Made by a program: the position numbers and the translations under genes. DNA of 64,000 nucleotides, taken from the NCBI GenBank assembly GCA_950097015.1, contig CATNEN010000039.1, positions 10,540,001 to 10,604,000 of the forward strand. Reading direction: 5' to 3'. This document shows, piece after piece, positions 21,766 to 35,690 of the stretch. Source of the DNA: Macrostomum hystrix. Taxonomy: Eukaryota > Animalia > Platyhelminthes. Each line of letters opens with the position of its first letter. Position 1 is the first letter of the stretch. Under the pieces are notes generated by a model. It searched no databases, was not told the origin of the DNA, and saw only the letters and a program-made list of their open reading frames with translations.

Positions 21766-24298
21766 ACGCCATGCTCACTCCATTCCTGTGTCAGACACCC
21801 ACCTCACGCCATGCTTATTCCATTCCTGTGTCAGACACCCACCTCACGCCATGCTCATTCCATTCCTGTGTCAGACACCCACCTCTCGCCATGCTCATTC
21901 CATTCCTGTGTCAGACACCCACCTCACGCCATGCTTATTCCATTCCTGTGTCAGACACCCACCTCACGCCATGCTCATTCCATTCCTGTGTCAGACACCC
22001 ACCTCACGCCATGCTCATTCCATTCCTGTGTCAGACACCCACCTCACGCCGTGCTCATTCCATTCCTGCGTCAGACACCCACCTCACGCCGTGCTCATTC
22101 CATTCCTGCGTCAGACACCCACCTCACGCCATGCTCATTCCATTCCTGCGTCAGACACCCACCTCACGCCATGCTCATTCCATTCCTGTGTCAGCCACCC
22201 ACCTCACGCCATGCTCATTCCATTCCTGTGTCAGCCACCCACCTCACGCCATGCTCATTCCATTCCTGTGTCAGACACCCACCTCACGCCATGCTCATTC
22301 CATTCCTGTGTCAGACACCCACCTCACGCCATGCTCATTCCATTCCTGCGTCAGACACCCACCTCACGCCATGCTCATTCCATTCCTGTGTCAGACACCC
22401 ACCTCACGCCATGCTCATTCCATTCCTGTGTCAGACACCCACCTCACGCCATGCTCATTCCATTCCTGTGTCAGCCACCCACCTCACGCCATGCTCATTC
22501 CATTCCTGTGTCAGACACCCACCTCACGCCATGCTCATTCCATTCCTGCGTCAGACACCCACCTCACGCCATGCTCATTCCATTCCTGCGTCAGACACCC
22601 ACCTCACGCCATGCTCATTCCATTCCTGTGTCAGACACCCACCTCACGCCATGCTCATTCCATTCCTGTGTCAGACACCCACCTCACGCTATACTTATTC
22701 CATTCCTGTGTCAGACACCCACCTCTCGCCATGCTCATTCCATTCCTGCGTCAGACGTACACCCACCTCACGCCATGCTCATTCCATTCCTGCGTCAGAC
22801 ACCCACCTCACGCCATGCTCATTCCATTCCTGTGTCAGACACCCACCTCACGCCATGCTCATTCCATTCCTGTGTCAGACACCCACCTCACGCCATGCTC
22901 ATTCCATTCCTGTGTCAGACACCCACCTCACGCTATACTTATTCCATTCCTGTGTCAGACACCCACCTCACGCTATACTTATTCCATTCCTGTGTCAGAC
23001 ACCCACCTCTCGCCATGCTCATTCCATTCCTGCGTCAGACGTACACCCACCTCACGCCATGCTCATTCCATTCCTGCGTCAGACACCCACCTCACGCCAT
23101 GCTCATTCCATTCCTGTGTCAGCCACCCACCTCACGCCATGCTCATTCCATTCCTGTGTCAGACACCCACCTCACGCCATGCTCATTCCATTCCTGTGTC
23201 AGACACCCACCTCACGCCATGCTCATTCCATTCCTGTGTCAGACACCCACCTCACGCCATGCTCATTCCATTCCTGCGTCAGACACCCACCTCACGCCAT
23301 GCTCATTCCATTCCTGCGTCAGACACCCACCTCACGCCATGCTCATTCCATTCCTGTGTCAGACACCCACCTCACGCCATGCTCATTCCATTCCTGTGTC
23401 AGACACCCACCTCACGCTATACTTATTCCATTCCTGTGTCAGGCACCCACCTCTCGCCATGCTCATTCCATTCCTGCGTCAGACGTACACCCACCTCACG
23501 CCATGCTCATTCCATTCCTGCGTCAGACACCCACCTCACGCCATGCTCATTCCATTCCTGTGTCAGACACCCACCTCACGCCATGCTCATTCCATTCCTG
23601 TGTCAGACACCCACCTCACGCCATGCTCATTCCATTCCTGTGTCAGACACCCACCTCACGCTATACTTATTCCATTCCTGTGTCAGACACCCACCTCACG
23701 CTATACTTATTCCATTCCTGTGTCAGACACCCACCTCTCGCCATGCTCATTCCATTCCTGCGTCAGACGTACACCCACCTCACGCCATGCTCATTCCATT
23801 CCTGCGTCAGACACCCACCTCACGCCATGCTCATTCCATTCCTGTGTCAGCCACCCACCTCACGCCATGCTCATTCCATTCCTGTGTCAGACACCCACCT
23901 CACGCCATGCTCATTCCATTCCTGTGTCAGACACCCACCTCACGCCATGCTCATTCCATTCCTGTGTCAGACACCCACCTCACGCCATGCTCATTCCATT
24001 CCTGTGTCAGACACCCACCTCACGCCATGCTCATTCCATTCCTGTGTCAGCCACCCACCTCACGCCATGCTCATTCCATTCCTGTGTCAGACACCCACCT
24101 CACGCCATGCTCATTCCATTCCTGCGTCAGACACCCACCTCACGCCATGTTTATTCCATTCCTGTGTCAGACACCCACCTCACGCCATGCTCATTCCATT
24201 CCTGCGTCAGACACCCACCTCACGCCATGCTCATTCCATTCCTGCGTCAGACACCCACCTCACGCCGTGCTTATTCCACCCCTGCGTCAGACACCCAT
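21766..24298. repeat. 40-bp minisatellite (~63 units) with 728-bp higher-order structure
   Basis: Unit CCATGCTCATTCCATTCCTGTGTCAGACACCCACCTCACG. 44-bp GACGTAC variants at 22754, 23038, 23482 and 23766. Confidence 0.97.
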
Positions 24299-26682
24299 CT
24301 TAAGCCTTGCCCATCAATCAAGAAGTTTAGCTTTTTAAAGATGCTAATTGAAGGAAGAAATAGTTAGGAATGAAAATGAATTTCAACATCAGTGACTATT
24401 CACACACCTATTTTAAAATTAGGTTTATATGAGCCCAGCCATTGTGGTCACGTTACATTTTGGGATTTGAAGTTGTTCTTTGCGGAGAGCTATGAAAACG
24501 GAAAAGCAGCCTATTTAGATTGTCTGTTGACCGCTTCTACACAGTTATTCAAAAGAGCCTCATTGGCCAAACGCAGCCACATGAAGCTCGAGCGCCCCCT
24601 TCTAATGCACTGATTGCATTCCAGTCTGAATGCCCGACTGATTAGAGAAAAGTACTCCCAAATGAATGCTTAAGAGAGCGAAACGAGGAAGAGATTGAGC
24701 TGAATGATGAGTCCGTTAAAGGCGAGTAAAGATAGAGCTTTAGGGAGCCGCAAAGAAGACAGGCGTCAGTGAGGTTAACGATGTCGCCGCAGTCAGTGAA
24801 TTCGGTTTCATTTCGACTCGGACAGGCTGAAATTGCATGCAGGCAGGAGTTGCCTTTCTCACTCGACCGCCCCGGTCCCTCGGCCGAGCCTCTTCACTTT
24901 GAAGATTTTCGGGCCTGCCTCGTCCATAGCCGAACCCCATGGGGATGCCGCTATGTGCCTTCGTTCCACCGTTTCTTTGACCCGACGACGGCGGCCTAAC
25001 AGAGGCCTGAGAGGAAGGCACGCGAGATTGAGCTGCTCTCTGCTTAGATGTCATGCAGAGTGGAGACCCTAATGAGCAGGGGGGAATGAGAGAGGCGTTG
25101 CAGAATTATTTTCCATGTATTAGTTAGCCGGAAAAGATTTGATATTATCTTAGGGTTAATAAAATAGAATAATTTGGGACGTAAATCTGAAAATGGAACA
25201 TGCTAATTCATCTGGACGCTAAGCCAATGAGCGTTACCGGAGGGTGAGGCCAACAAGTGGGCAGGGAAGGCAGGGAAGGCATGAGGGAGAGAGATTTAGA
25301 TTAGCCAGCCAATCCCGCTGGCCGGACGGGGATAGAAGTGGCAAAGCCAGCCACCCACTGAAATATACTCCTGGGTGCAAGGTGCAGTCATTTTAACCAA
25401 TAATTGAGATTGCAAAGCAACGAACAAACGCTATTATTAGCATCTCGCGCCTCAATCACTGAGTAGAAATCTCTCGCCAAATATTTTTCTCCCTAAAGCC
25501 TCCAGCAAGACAGGCAAGCTAATTGAAATCCTCGCCAGCAGCGGAATCTGGGCCAGAAATGATTGACGCCCCTTTTCCCACCCATAGCCCGTAGATATAG
25601 CTCCTACTTTCGGTCACAACAGTCAGGCTGTTTGTTACTGCAGCTGGAGCATTCGGGCTCAAGAAAAATTTGCACTTTCAAGCCGAGAATGTAGCTAACA
25701 TAGGCGAGAGGGCGAGAGAGTGAGTCTACTCTCCTACTTTCGTCTGCACTTAGAGTTGCTATCAACTGTTTTTTTTCAGTTAGGGAACTTGAGGGGAGGG
25801 CAAAACTGATTAAAATTCATTGATCCCGGCCGGCACACGCGACTCAGGATCGTTCCCGTCTTTCGTTTTTTCGCTCTCTCTGGTTCTCTGTGGCTGAGTT
25901 GCTCATTCATCAGTTACTTTTTTAATTGAGGTGTCAAATTGTCTCGGCAGCCGAAAGTTAAAAAAACTATTCGCTGGATCGATTTTAAAAAGCCTTTAGA
26001 AAAAGGCAGTTATCTATGGCCAAAACTGAGCCACCGAAATATGCACTAAATTTAGTCTGTTGAAAGATAAAAAAGGTTACGGTACATCCACAGAACTTCG
26101 TTAAGTTTTGTGGGTACATCCATAAATTAAAGATGAAATTAACGTTTAGTTAGCCTACGCTTGCTGAAACGAGGTTGAAACTAACGGCAGCCCGCCCGCT
26201 GCTGTTGTCTATGGTCGAATTCCATAGATATGCACAGCGGGCGTATCTAACTAACTACAACACTAATATGAATATCAATATTGGTATAATATTATCGCTA
26301 TTGTCAATTTAAACGATAATTTGGACATTCACACCGATAATGTCTGTGGTATCATGCTATGGGGGCATTTGAAAAACAGCGACAAGAAATAGCAAAGAAA
26401 GAAGCGAGAGCAAACCAAACAGGCGGCGAGCAAGGCAAGAGCTTTCCCTTCCGAGTTTTTAATTTTGTTTTTCTCTAGTCTATGCTCGAAAGGGTGAATT
26501 TTCTTCTGAGTGTCTGAATTCATTTTCGTTTTGAATGTCCCTTTCTCGTTTTGGTTGTCCAAACGTCTATGTTCTCTAGCGACGAGGTTTACTTAAAGGA
26601 TAGTTAAATCCATAGCCATTATCGTTTTGAATCTCTAAATTATTATTTAGATTGACAAAAGCTATACTTGTTTGTTATGAGA

Positions 26683-26905
26683 ATATTAATAATTGCAGGA
26701 GGGCTGCAGGCACTGGCAAATCATTTGGTGACACTAGTCCCGTAGCGTAGTACACACGCACACAGATACCGTACGCAGGCATACACTAACACAGGTGTGT
26801 ACACCTGCCCTTTGACTTTCTCATCTTCGTCTCTATGCCTTGGAGGTTGGCCCTAAAGGGCGCCACAAATTAATGTGGCCTCGCCGCGGAATCGAGCTCT
26901 GGGCC
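26683..26905 (-). mobile_element. tRNA-derived SINE family 1 copy (5'-truncated)
   Basis: Reverse complement of the 14832-15172 tail (TTGCAGGAGGGCTGCAGGCA) and head (GCCTCGCCGCGGAATCGAGCTC). Confidence 0.78.
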
Positions 26906-27503
26906 ACCAAACCCCCTTTCTTTATTGTTAAAACATGATTGCTTTGCTAGACAATTCTTGCGCAGTTGCAGTGAAACGAAGACAGCCAGGGCCAAAGACT
27001 CGCAATCTGCGGCTTGCCCCGAGCCGGATTCCGATGAAAATCCCAGCCAGATTCTCGATAACCCCAAGGGGATTAGCCTGTAGCTGGGAGGCTTTCTTGT
27101 ACAGGAAGACGGGAAACGGGAAAGTGACACGGCTTTTCTGGGTATTAGTGGTTGCTAAGCCAATGTTCTAATAGCCAAGTCAGGAAACATATAGTTAGCA
27201 TATATTGCTCGTGTGTACATATGGAAGTTCCCGGAAAGTCAGGGTCGAGACAGTCGGTAAGATTTTTTGTGCCAGTCATTTGCATGATGAAAATCTTATT
27301 CGTCCGAATGTGTCAAGCCGGCTTGTTTTAGTCAACAAGAACTGTGGTGAGAAAAAGCGAGACCACTTCAAGCACGAACTACGGAATGCAACAGAGAGAA
27401 TATATATGTTTCGAGTCCACTTATCGATTCTAGTGATTCGATTTTTCTACTGGAAAATTTGGAGGGGAGGAATAAGTGAAGTGGGAATATGGATTGGAAC
27501 GAT

Positions 27504-28290
27504 GGGAGACACAGATAGAAGACACAGGCCGAAGACAGGGAGACACAGACAGAAGACAGAGAGACACACACAGGGAGACACAGACAGAGCAGACACAGAC
27601 AGAGCAGACACAGACAGAGCAGACACAGACAGAGCAGACACAGACAGAGCAGACACAGACAGAGCAGACACAGACAGAGCAGACACAGACAGAGCAGACA
27701 CAGACATAAGACAGAGAGACACAGACAGAAGACAGAGAGACACAGACAGAAGACAGAGAGACACAGACAGAAGACAGAGAGACACAGACAGAAGACAGAG
27801 AGACACAGACAGAAGACAGAGAGACACAGACAGAAGACAGAGAGACACAGACAGGGAGACACAGACAGAAGACACAGACAGAAGACAGGGAGACACAGAC
27901 AGAAAGACACAGACAGAAGACACAGACAGAAGACACAGACAGAAAGACACAGACAGAAAGACACAGACAGAAAGACACAGACAGAAGACACAGTCAGAAG
28001 ACACAGACAGAAGACACAGACAGAAGACAGAGAGACACAGACAGAAGACAGAGAGACACAGACAGAAGACAGAGAGACACAGACAGAAGACAGAGACAGA
28101 AGACAGAGAGACACAGACAGAAGACAGAGAGACACAGACAGAAGACAGAGAGACACAGACAGAAGACAGATGACAGAAGACAGAGAGACACAGACAGACG
28201 ACAGACACAGACAGAAGACAGAAGACAAAACCAGATGACTGGGAGACAGACAGAAGACATGGAGGCATAGACAGGGAGACAGGGGGACAC
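27504..28290. repeat. Complex GACA/GAGA/CACA microsatellite
   Basis: Nearly T-free plus strand. 15-bp GACACAGACAGAGCA and 21-bp GACACAGACAGAAGACAGAGA units. Confidence 0.95.
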
Positions 28291-29309
28291 AAACTAAAGA
28301 AACGGACGGGACAAAATCCCTCAAGCCTAAGTTAATGGACAGCTTCAAAAGGTGTCCATAATTGCTATCTCCCAGTCCGTTACTTTGTAGTCTCAGCTTG
28401 AGCTACTTATTGGCCGTGTTACGATGGTATTAGGAGTTTGCGCGCTGCCTATTGGCCAGTGCAACCTACCCAGTATCCGGCCCGTCATCTCCCCCGGTAC
28501 CCTGGGACGGGGGCAAAATAAGTATTTCAAAGTCCACTACGATCAATCCTAGAGCAAGCTGGCAACTATATTGTTTAACACCAGAGATATATTAACAATA
28601 TTTCTAGATTGGACCAATTCAACGCAAACTTTATCGGGTAAGTCGGGGAGAATCCGTCATTACTTTTTCTTCCTAGCTGACATATTTTATAAGGTATCAT
28701 GTTTCAAAGAAATATGAGCCGGCAGAAATTCCCCACGATGCACTTATCTCCCTGGCTGGCGACCAAATGAGTAGCTTTCTAGACCCGCCTGCACGATACA
28801 ACCGGAAATTGTACGACTATCCGCAAAAAATATTCGTTGGTTAGGAGATTCTCAAATTTAATCCCCAAGAAAGTGACTCTGCACGTCCCAGAGGGTAACG
28901 AAGTCCCAGAGAGCATGCGCGGTGAGTCAGCAGAGCCGCAGTCGACAAATTCAATCATCGGGCCAAATTGCGTCACCAAGGGACCGCACGGCTGGCCCAA
29001 CGATAAAGTCTTCCCGACTAGATTATATACATAGATTACGGATTTGATTTTCGCGCGTGCCATAATGATTTACTCGTATATTCTCGTACTTGTGCTGCTG
29101 GGACAAACACCTGATAAATAATGAAGGCAAACTACTGTTCACTGGCTAATTATCTTAACATGCATTCTACATCATTGTGAAGGAGAAATTTTGGGATCTT
29201 TCAATCAAGGCCGACCTATTGTATGACCTTGATCTATTACTGACTTTCTAAATTACTATTAAGAAAGGCTGTCTTTTCCAATTGGCTACCACAACAATGA
29301 TATTAGCTG

Positions 29310-29553
29310 GAGCTGCGGGCAATGGCTGAGGAGGCAGCCATTCCGCTGACTCCTGAGCACACACACACACAGGTGTGTACATCCACCCTGACTTTCTCAT
29401 TGTCAGGCAGTGTACACTTCACTGTGCCTTGGAGGTTGGCCCTCAAGGCCGTAATTGCACGGCAAGCCCCCCAAGCCTTCTCTCCGTGGCCTCGCCGCGG
29501 AGTCGAGCTCAGGGCCCTCGATGCGAGAGGCGAACGCGTCAGACGCTCTGCCA
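29310..29553 (-). mobile_element. tRNA-derived SINE family 1 copy
   Basis: Minus strand reads TGGCAGAGCG..ACGCGTTCGCCTCTCGCA..GAGCTCGACTCCGCGGCGAGGCC..GAGAAGGCTTGGGGG..TGCTCAGGAGTCAGCGGAATGG. Confidence 0.82.
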
Positions 29554-30404
29554 TTCACCGCTCATGAGACAGCGAGTGCTCAGTGTGAGAACGCGAAACC
29601 TGCAAGCCATTCTACCGTTGAATCGCGAATTGATTTTCAAGTCACAAAACCGTCACCCTATCCAAGTGCCAGGTCTCCCTCCCTTCACCAGGCACCCCAC
29701 GCGATCACGCCATGCCGCTTCAGCTGATCAGCGCATCAATGGGTCCCCGACCCCTGACCAGCGGGGTTTACAACTGCAAGAGCGGAAAGTGATACATTTC
29801 GTAGGCAAAATAATATGCTTTTGCACACAGAGGTGTTTCTTTACTGACTTTTACTGCAGCAGCAGCAGCAGCAGCAGCAGCTTCATTAGCGCAAGCGTCC
29901 TATACGCCTGGAAAAGCATACGAAAAGACGAATTCGCCAAAGCAGAAAGATACAGAGAGACTGAGTGACTGGGAGCGGACCAATAGTCAGTGGGCTGTAA
30001 ATCTCAGCTCTTCCCAACTCCCACCCACTCCATGGCCTCCTGGTCCTCGGTCCTTCAGACCCTCGCCGCAGTAATCTGATTGCTAAATTTTTAGTTGAAG
30101 AAGAACTCCGCCAGGTTCCTATCTCTTCGGCCACATCTATCTCTCTCCCTCTCTTCAGCCTCTTCAACTGCCTGGGGACCACGAGACTCTCGCTTGCTCC
30201 GACGCCTCTCAAATTTACGCCGGTTCGATGGAGGTGCCCTAATTGACTCAATCGACTGAAGTGCCTCCTTCTGTAGGGCCGGCTCCAGACTGTACGGGTT
30301 TCCAATCCACTCGGCCTGTCAATCTTGTTTTCTTATTGCGGGGATAAAAGTCTCATCGACCAGTCAACCCGGAGAATAGACAGTTTGAGCGGTCAGCCGA
30401 CAGC

Positions 30405-33400
30405 ATGAGTACATTCGCGCTGCTGTTATCGCTGCTAGCGCTGCAACCAGAACTCGGCTGGCAGGTTGAGTTGAATGTCCCGGAGTCGGCTCACGAGCAG
30501 TCGAACCCCTACAAGCAATGCGCATCGGAGAGTGCCAATTGCACCTGCAGCTGGCAACAATTTCACAACCTCTCTCGGCACAATAGCCTTCGCGTGCTCA
30601 GCTGCGCCAACTATCAGGAGCTCAGACACTTTTCCTCGCTGATTCACATCGTCGACTTCAGGCGCAACTCGGCGCAGTCCTTCGACAGACTGCTGCGACT
30701 CATCCTGTACAAGGAGATCTTTATGCTGAACGCGGCGCACAATGAGATCTCCCACCTGCACACCAGTGAATTCAATCGGCTGTACAATGCCTCCTGGCTA
30801 AGCCTGGAGTACCTGGACTTGTCACACAATGTCATAGGCAGCATCAACCCGACCTACTTCGCCATCTTCCCAAGCCTGACACACCTGCTGCTGGCCGACA
30901 ATAACATCGGCCAGCTCGTGGAGGGCGTGTTCTCTCGCCTGTCAAAGCTGCGCCTGCTGTCGCTGTCCGGAAATCCTTTGAAGGTGTTGGACAATGATCC
31001 GTTCAAGCCTGGCTACCCGGCCCGACTGGAGCTGCTCAACATGAGCCGCTGCCAGCTGGTGGACTCCGAGCCGGACTTCTTCGCCTCGATGTTTTTCCTG
31101 CACACGCTGGACCTGTCAAGTAACTGGCTCTCCCACCTGCCACAGGGCGGTTATCCCAGCCTGCGAGCCCTCAACAGCCTGGACCTGTCCGGCAACCGCT
31201 TCGAGTCGATGCCGGTTCGATTTCTACGCAAATTTCGCCGACTGGAGCTGCTAAGGCTGGACGACAATCGCGGAATTCGCCGACTGGCCAGAGACGACCT
31301 CGCCGGGCTGAACGCCAGCCGGATCTCAATGCGACGCTGCGGACTCGCGGCCATCAACGCTATGGCGGTGCACAGCGTGCCATACCTGTTGGACTTGGAC
31401 CTGGACGAGAATCGCCAGCTCGAGTTCGTGCATCACCGAGCGTTTTACGACGTAGTCCGACTGGGACGCCTGAGCATGGCCAGCTGTCGACTGCACAGCC
31501 TGCCAGGTGAGCTGACTGGCCAGGTGCTCAATACAGTCGTTGACATTCGCTATAATCCGCTGTGGTGCCTGTGCGACAACGCCTGGATTGCGGAAAGACT
31601 GCTGCCGAGGCCCTCGAAGGTGACATTCGCGTTTCCGGGGTCGCTCTACTGCACCGCTTACTTCGTGGTGACGCCGTCTCGTGGCGAGCCGTTCCCTGTG
31701 ATTGACAGGCGTCACATGCTCAACGCCAGCGGTGAGTGTTAATGTTCTATTTGACTGTTCTCTTGTTTTCCACAAGAGGGTCGTTTGGGGGTCAAATCGG
31801 GCATTTGGGAGAATTTAAAAGCGCCACTAACGATTTGGGAGCGCCATAGAGGATTCGGGAGCATCTCAGAGGATTTCGAAGCATCTCAACCACTTTGGGG
31901 CATCTCAGAGGATTTGGGAGCATCTCTGTGGATTTGGGAGCATCTCTGAAGATTTGGGAGCGCCATCGAGGATTTGGGAGCTTCTCTGAGGATTTTGTAG
32001 GGCAATCGAGGATTTGGGAGCTTCTCTGAGGATTTTGTAGGGCAATCGAGGATTTGGGAGCCTCTCTAAGGATTTGGGAGAATCTCTGAGGATTTGGGAG
32101 AATCTCTGAGGATTTGGGAGAATCTCTGAGGATTTGGGAGAATCTCTGAGGATTTCGGAGCGCCATTGAGCTTCTCTGAGCATTTGGGAGCGCCATGGAG
32201 GATTTGGGAGCTTCTCTGAGGATTTGGGAGCTTCTGTGAGGATTTGGGAGCTTCTCTGAGGATTTTGTAGGGCAATCGAGGATTTGGGAGCCTCTCTAAG
32301 GATTTGGGAGAATCTCTGAGGATTTGGGAGAATCTCTGAGGATTTGGGAGAATCTCTGAGGATTTGGGAGAATCTCTGAGGATTTCGGAGCGCCATTGAG
32401 CTTCTCTGAGCATTTGGGAGCGCCATGGAGGATTTGGGAGCTTCTCTGAGGATTTGGGAGCTTCTGTGAGGATTTGGGAACTTCTCTGAGGATTTGGGAG
32501 CTTCTCTGAGGATTTTGGAGCATAACCGTGCGATTAAGAAAGGATTAGTTTCTTAAATAAAAGTACGATCTAGTTGCAACAAGTGTGTGGGATACAACGA
32601 CAAAATCGATTAAAAAGCTTCATTCGTTTGGTTCGCAATTTCATTCTTTTCAGAGCGCACAGACGGTAAGGAAGCGAAAAATAAATTAAAGTCACGACCC
32701 ACCAGTCCGGAGCCCTCCAACTGCCAACGGAGATTTTAGGCTTGTGGCTACAGCACAACTGTAGGGCCTATGCTGTCTGTCAAGCCAGATTTGTCGGTTT
32801 CTAGATCATTCTAGATATCTTTGCGACATAGCTAGAAACACATGAAAAATTTCTTCGTTTCTGTTTATTGAATAAGCAGAATTTAATTTCATCTTTATCT
32901 GCATGCACTTTTAATGTGCCGCTTTTTGTCGCGGTGAATAAAATCGTTGCTCCTTTATGTTCAAAGTCAAAATAGTTCTAGATTGTGACTCTATCAATAT
33001 TATGATATGATTGGACGACGCATCACCCACCCCCAGCTCAATCTCTTCTCCCCATTTCAATCTGATTGGACGACGCATCACCCACCCCCAGCTCAATCTC
33101 TTCTCCCGATTTCTATCTGATTGGACGACGCATCACCCACCCCCAGCTCAATCTCTTCTCCCGATTTCAATCTGATTGGACGACGCATCACCCACCCCCA
33201 GCTCAATCTCTTCTCACGATTATCACTGATTGGGTGGTGCACTTACACTCCGCAGTCTCCGAGACAGCTGGATGTCCACCGCGCATCTATCATCCGCTGT
33301 CGAACCTGACCATGGAGCTCAGCCAAGGCGACCGCGTGATTCTTGAGTGCCTCACCAGCGGCCTGCCTAGACCGAACGTCTTCTGGATGTTCCCCGACAA

Positions 33401-34698
33401 TGAAACTCATCTGGAGGCGCCGCAGTCTTTAAAGCCGCAGGTGTCCACGGGGGTTGGGCGCAGCCGCGTCCACTTGGCCGACGGACTTTTAGATCTGCGC
33501 GACGCGCGGGTCTCGGACAGCGGCCGGTACACCTGCACAGCGTTCAACTCGCACGGACACCGAAACGTCAGCTACGTACTGATTGTGCAATCTCGACTGC
33601 TGCAGCTGGTGCCCGTCTCGACTGGCACCGACCGCCTGACGGTGACCTGGCGCGGCGCTGACAGATTCCACGCAGAGTACTACAGCATCGGCTACCGGGA
33701 GGTCGACTCCTACGATGTTTCGTCGCGTAGGCGGAGGACCTTTCGCTCTGTGTATCCAATCCGGCACGAGTGGAGCAGCTTCACCGCGCACCACCTGCGA
33801 CCAGCCAGGTACTACCAGTTCTGCCTGGTGCACAGGAACGCCAGGCACCTGTACGATAACGGCAGCAGTCAATTGGACATTCACCTGGTTGAATTTCCGC
33901 TTGTATTCAGCAACGGTCAGTGCATTGTGATGCGAACCAAATACAGCATTGAGCGCTTGTATGGACACGGAATCTACAGGTAAGAAAGACTCAAATATTA
34001 CTTGACTCAACATTGGTTATAATTTTGCAGGGGGCTGTGGGAAATGGCACATCATTTGGTGACAGTTGACCCGCAGCCAGCGGACAATCACACAGATACT
34101 GTACAAAGGCACACCCAGCAGTGAAGCCAGTGTACAACCTCATTGTGTCTCGGAGGTTGGCCCTAAAGAGGGTATACAAGCCATTAGGCCTTCTCTCGGC
34201 GGCCATGGCCTAAATTTGTGTTGCCTCGCCACGGAATCGAGTTTAGGGACCTTGTTGCGAGATGCGAACGCCTTACACCCCACTGCCTCTCACCCCATGG
34301 ACTCATAATCACTTAATCACTCTCGGTTGCCTACACCTTACAGAGTGGCACATCACAGCACGGTGTACATCCTGTTCGGAATGCTCTTCGGCATCGTGTT
34401 TCTCTGCTGCCTGACTGCCGTGGTCTATCAGCGCAGCTGCAAAAAGAAGCAGCTGAACCGCAAGCAATACCGCTACTCCACAGTCAGCTACCGCGATGGT
34501 GGCAACAACCTGCGGATGAAGGTACTGCTAGAAGGATCTCCGCCACCGATGCCACAGTCTAGATCGCCGGCAGTTAACGAAAATATACCAACGTCGGCGA
34601 CGGCGGAGATTAGCGGCGCAGCGGCGGCTTCGACTACGGCAGGGGATGTGTACAGTTCCAGGAGTAACTTGCTGATGCATTCGGACGCCAACTGGTGA
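30405..34698 (+). CDS. Type I membrane LRR-Ig-FN3 protein (LRRN/LIG-family-like), ~801 aa, 3 exons
   Basis: Exons 30405-31731, 33256-33979, 34344-34698 (phases 1 and 2 consistent, 2406 nt). Signal peptide, LxxLDLSxN repeats, LRRCT NPLWCLC, Ig (LEC..W..DSGRYTC), FN3 (LTVTW..LRPARYYQFCL) and TM VYILFGMLFGIVFLCCLTAVVY. Confidence 0.92.
31800..32522. repeat. 20-bp minisatellite in intron 1 of the LRR-Ig-FN3 gene
   Basis: Unit GATTTGGGAG(AAT/CTT)CTCTGAG, with a ~240-bp higher-order duplication. Confidence 0.93.
33008..33215. repeat. 55-bp tandem repeat (~3.8 units) upstream of the exon-2 acceptor
   Basis: TGATTGGACGACGCATCACCCACCCCCAGCTCAATCTCTTCTC occurs four times. Confidence 0.92.
34017..34288 (-). 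mobile_element. Diverged tRNA-derived SINE family 1 copy (in intron 2)
   Basis: TTGCAGGGGGCTG..GGCACATC tail and GCCTCGCCACGGAATCGAGTTTAGGGACC..GCGAGATGCGAACGC head match the other copies. Confidence 0.7.
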
Positions 34699-35544
34699 AA
34701 AAAAAGCAATAACAGCGGACTCTCATATTTTGAACTACTTCGAGTAGTTTGGCACAGCATCGAAATGACCTTCGAATTTTGATTGATCAAGGGGGCTTAT
34801 CTAGCTTCTATTTTTAGATAATCCAATTCAATTTGAAGGTTGCTTTTTTAAACAAAATCAAAATGGTTTTGATATTGACTTGCTTTAATTGTGTCTGTAA
34901 ATTTTTTTTTGTACAGAAAATTTCAGCCTGCATGTTTAGTTAACAAATATACCGCAAATAACGAGCAGCCTATGAGAATATTGGTGACATGCAGCTTTCT
35001 ATGTAAAAGCTTAGCGCAAGGCGCCATTGCTTACTAATCGCACAAGCTTGTTGTGACAGTTCCAGGTTAGACAGGTTCCCGGCCTAATTAGATGCTGCCG
35101 CGGAATCCCGCATCATCAGGATCCCCTTTGATTAGATTTGCTGCCGACTGCTCAATTCCCCGGAGAAATCGGGAAAGGAAGGGAGGATAGAGGGGAGTTG
35201 TAAAGGAAAGCTTGGCCGCGAAAGGCGTTGGAAACAGAAGTGTTTGAGTGTTGTGTGCTCCGGATGAGTTAGCAGACTGAAATAGTGCATAATGCATATT
35301 TTGGGCACATATTCTAACAAGCCAGACTTACTGCAATAAAAAAATGTCTCATTTTTCTGCATTTAACCAAATTCTCAATTCGCAAGCATCTGAAGTGGCT
35401 GAAGTGGCTGAAGTCTGAAGTCTATAACGTATATAAAGCAACTTCATTTGTGCTTAGCTTAGATTTGTAGAGCATACTGACGCCGTCACGTTAGTCCTAC
35501 CTCAGAGGGGGTGGAAGCTGAGAAGACAACTGAAGCAGCTTAGG

Positions 35545-35690
35545 CAGAGGAAGCAAGAGGAAGCAGTCGAAGCAGTGGAAGCAGGGGAAGCAGTCGAAGC
35601 AGGGGAAGCAGGGGAAGCAGTGGAAGCAGTCGAAGCAGTGGAAGCAGTGGAAGCAGGGGAAGCAGAGGAAGTAGATGTGGAAGCAGCTTA
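35545..35690. repeat. 9-bp GAAGCAG(TG/GG/TC) tandem repeat
   Basis: About 15 units visible directly. Confidence 0.85.

Noticed and set aside
21766-24298. CRISPR-like appearance of this and other 26-48-bp arrays
   Set aside because: Units are head-to-tail with no unique spacers, there are no cas genes, and the context is eukaryotic.
21696-24367. 830-880-aa ORFs in all three plus frames
   Set aside because: Artefact of a stop-free 40-bp tandem unit; the same peptide cycles through the frames.
24740-25072. GC-rich short overlapping ORFs
   Set aside because: No recognisable motifs or splice-linked partners; coding status cannot be supported.
27205-28348. Several long low-complexity ORFs
   Set aside because: Translations of a nearly T-free microsatellite.
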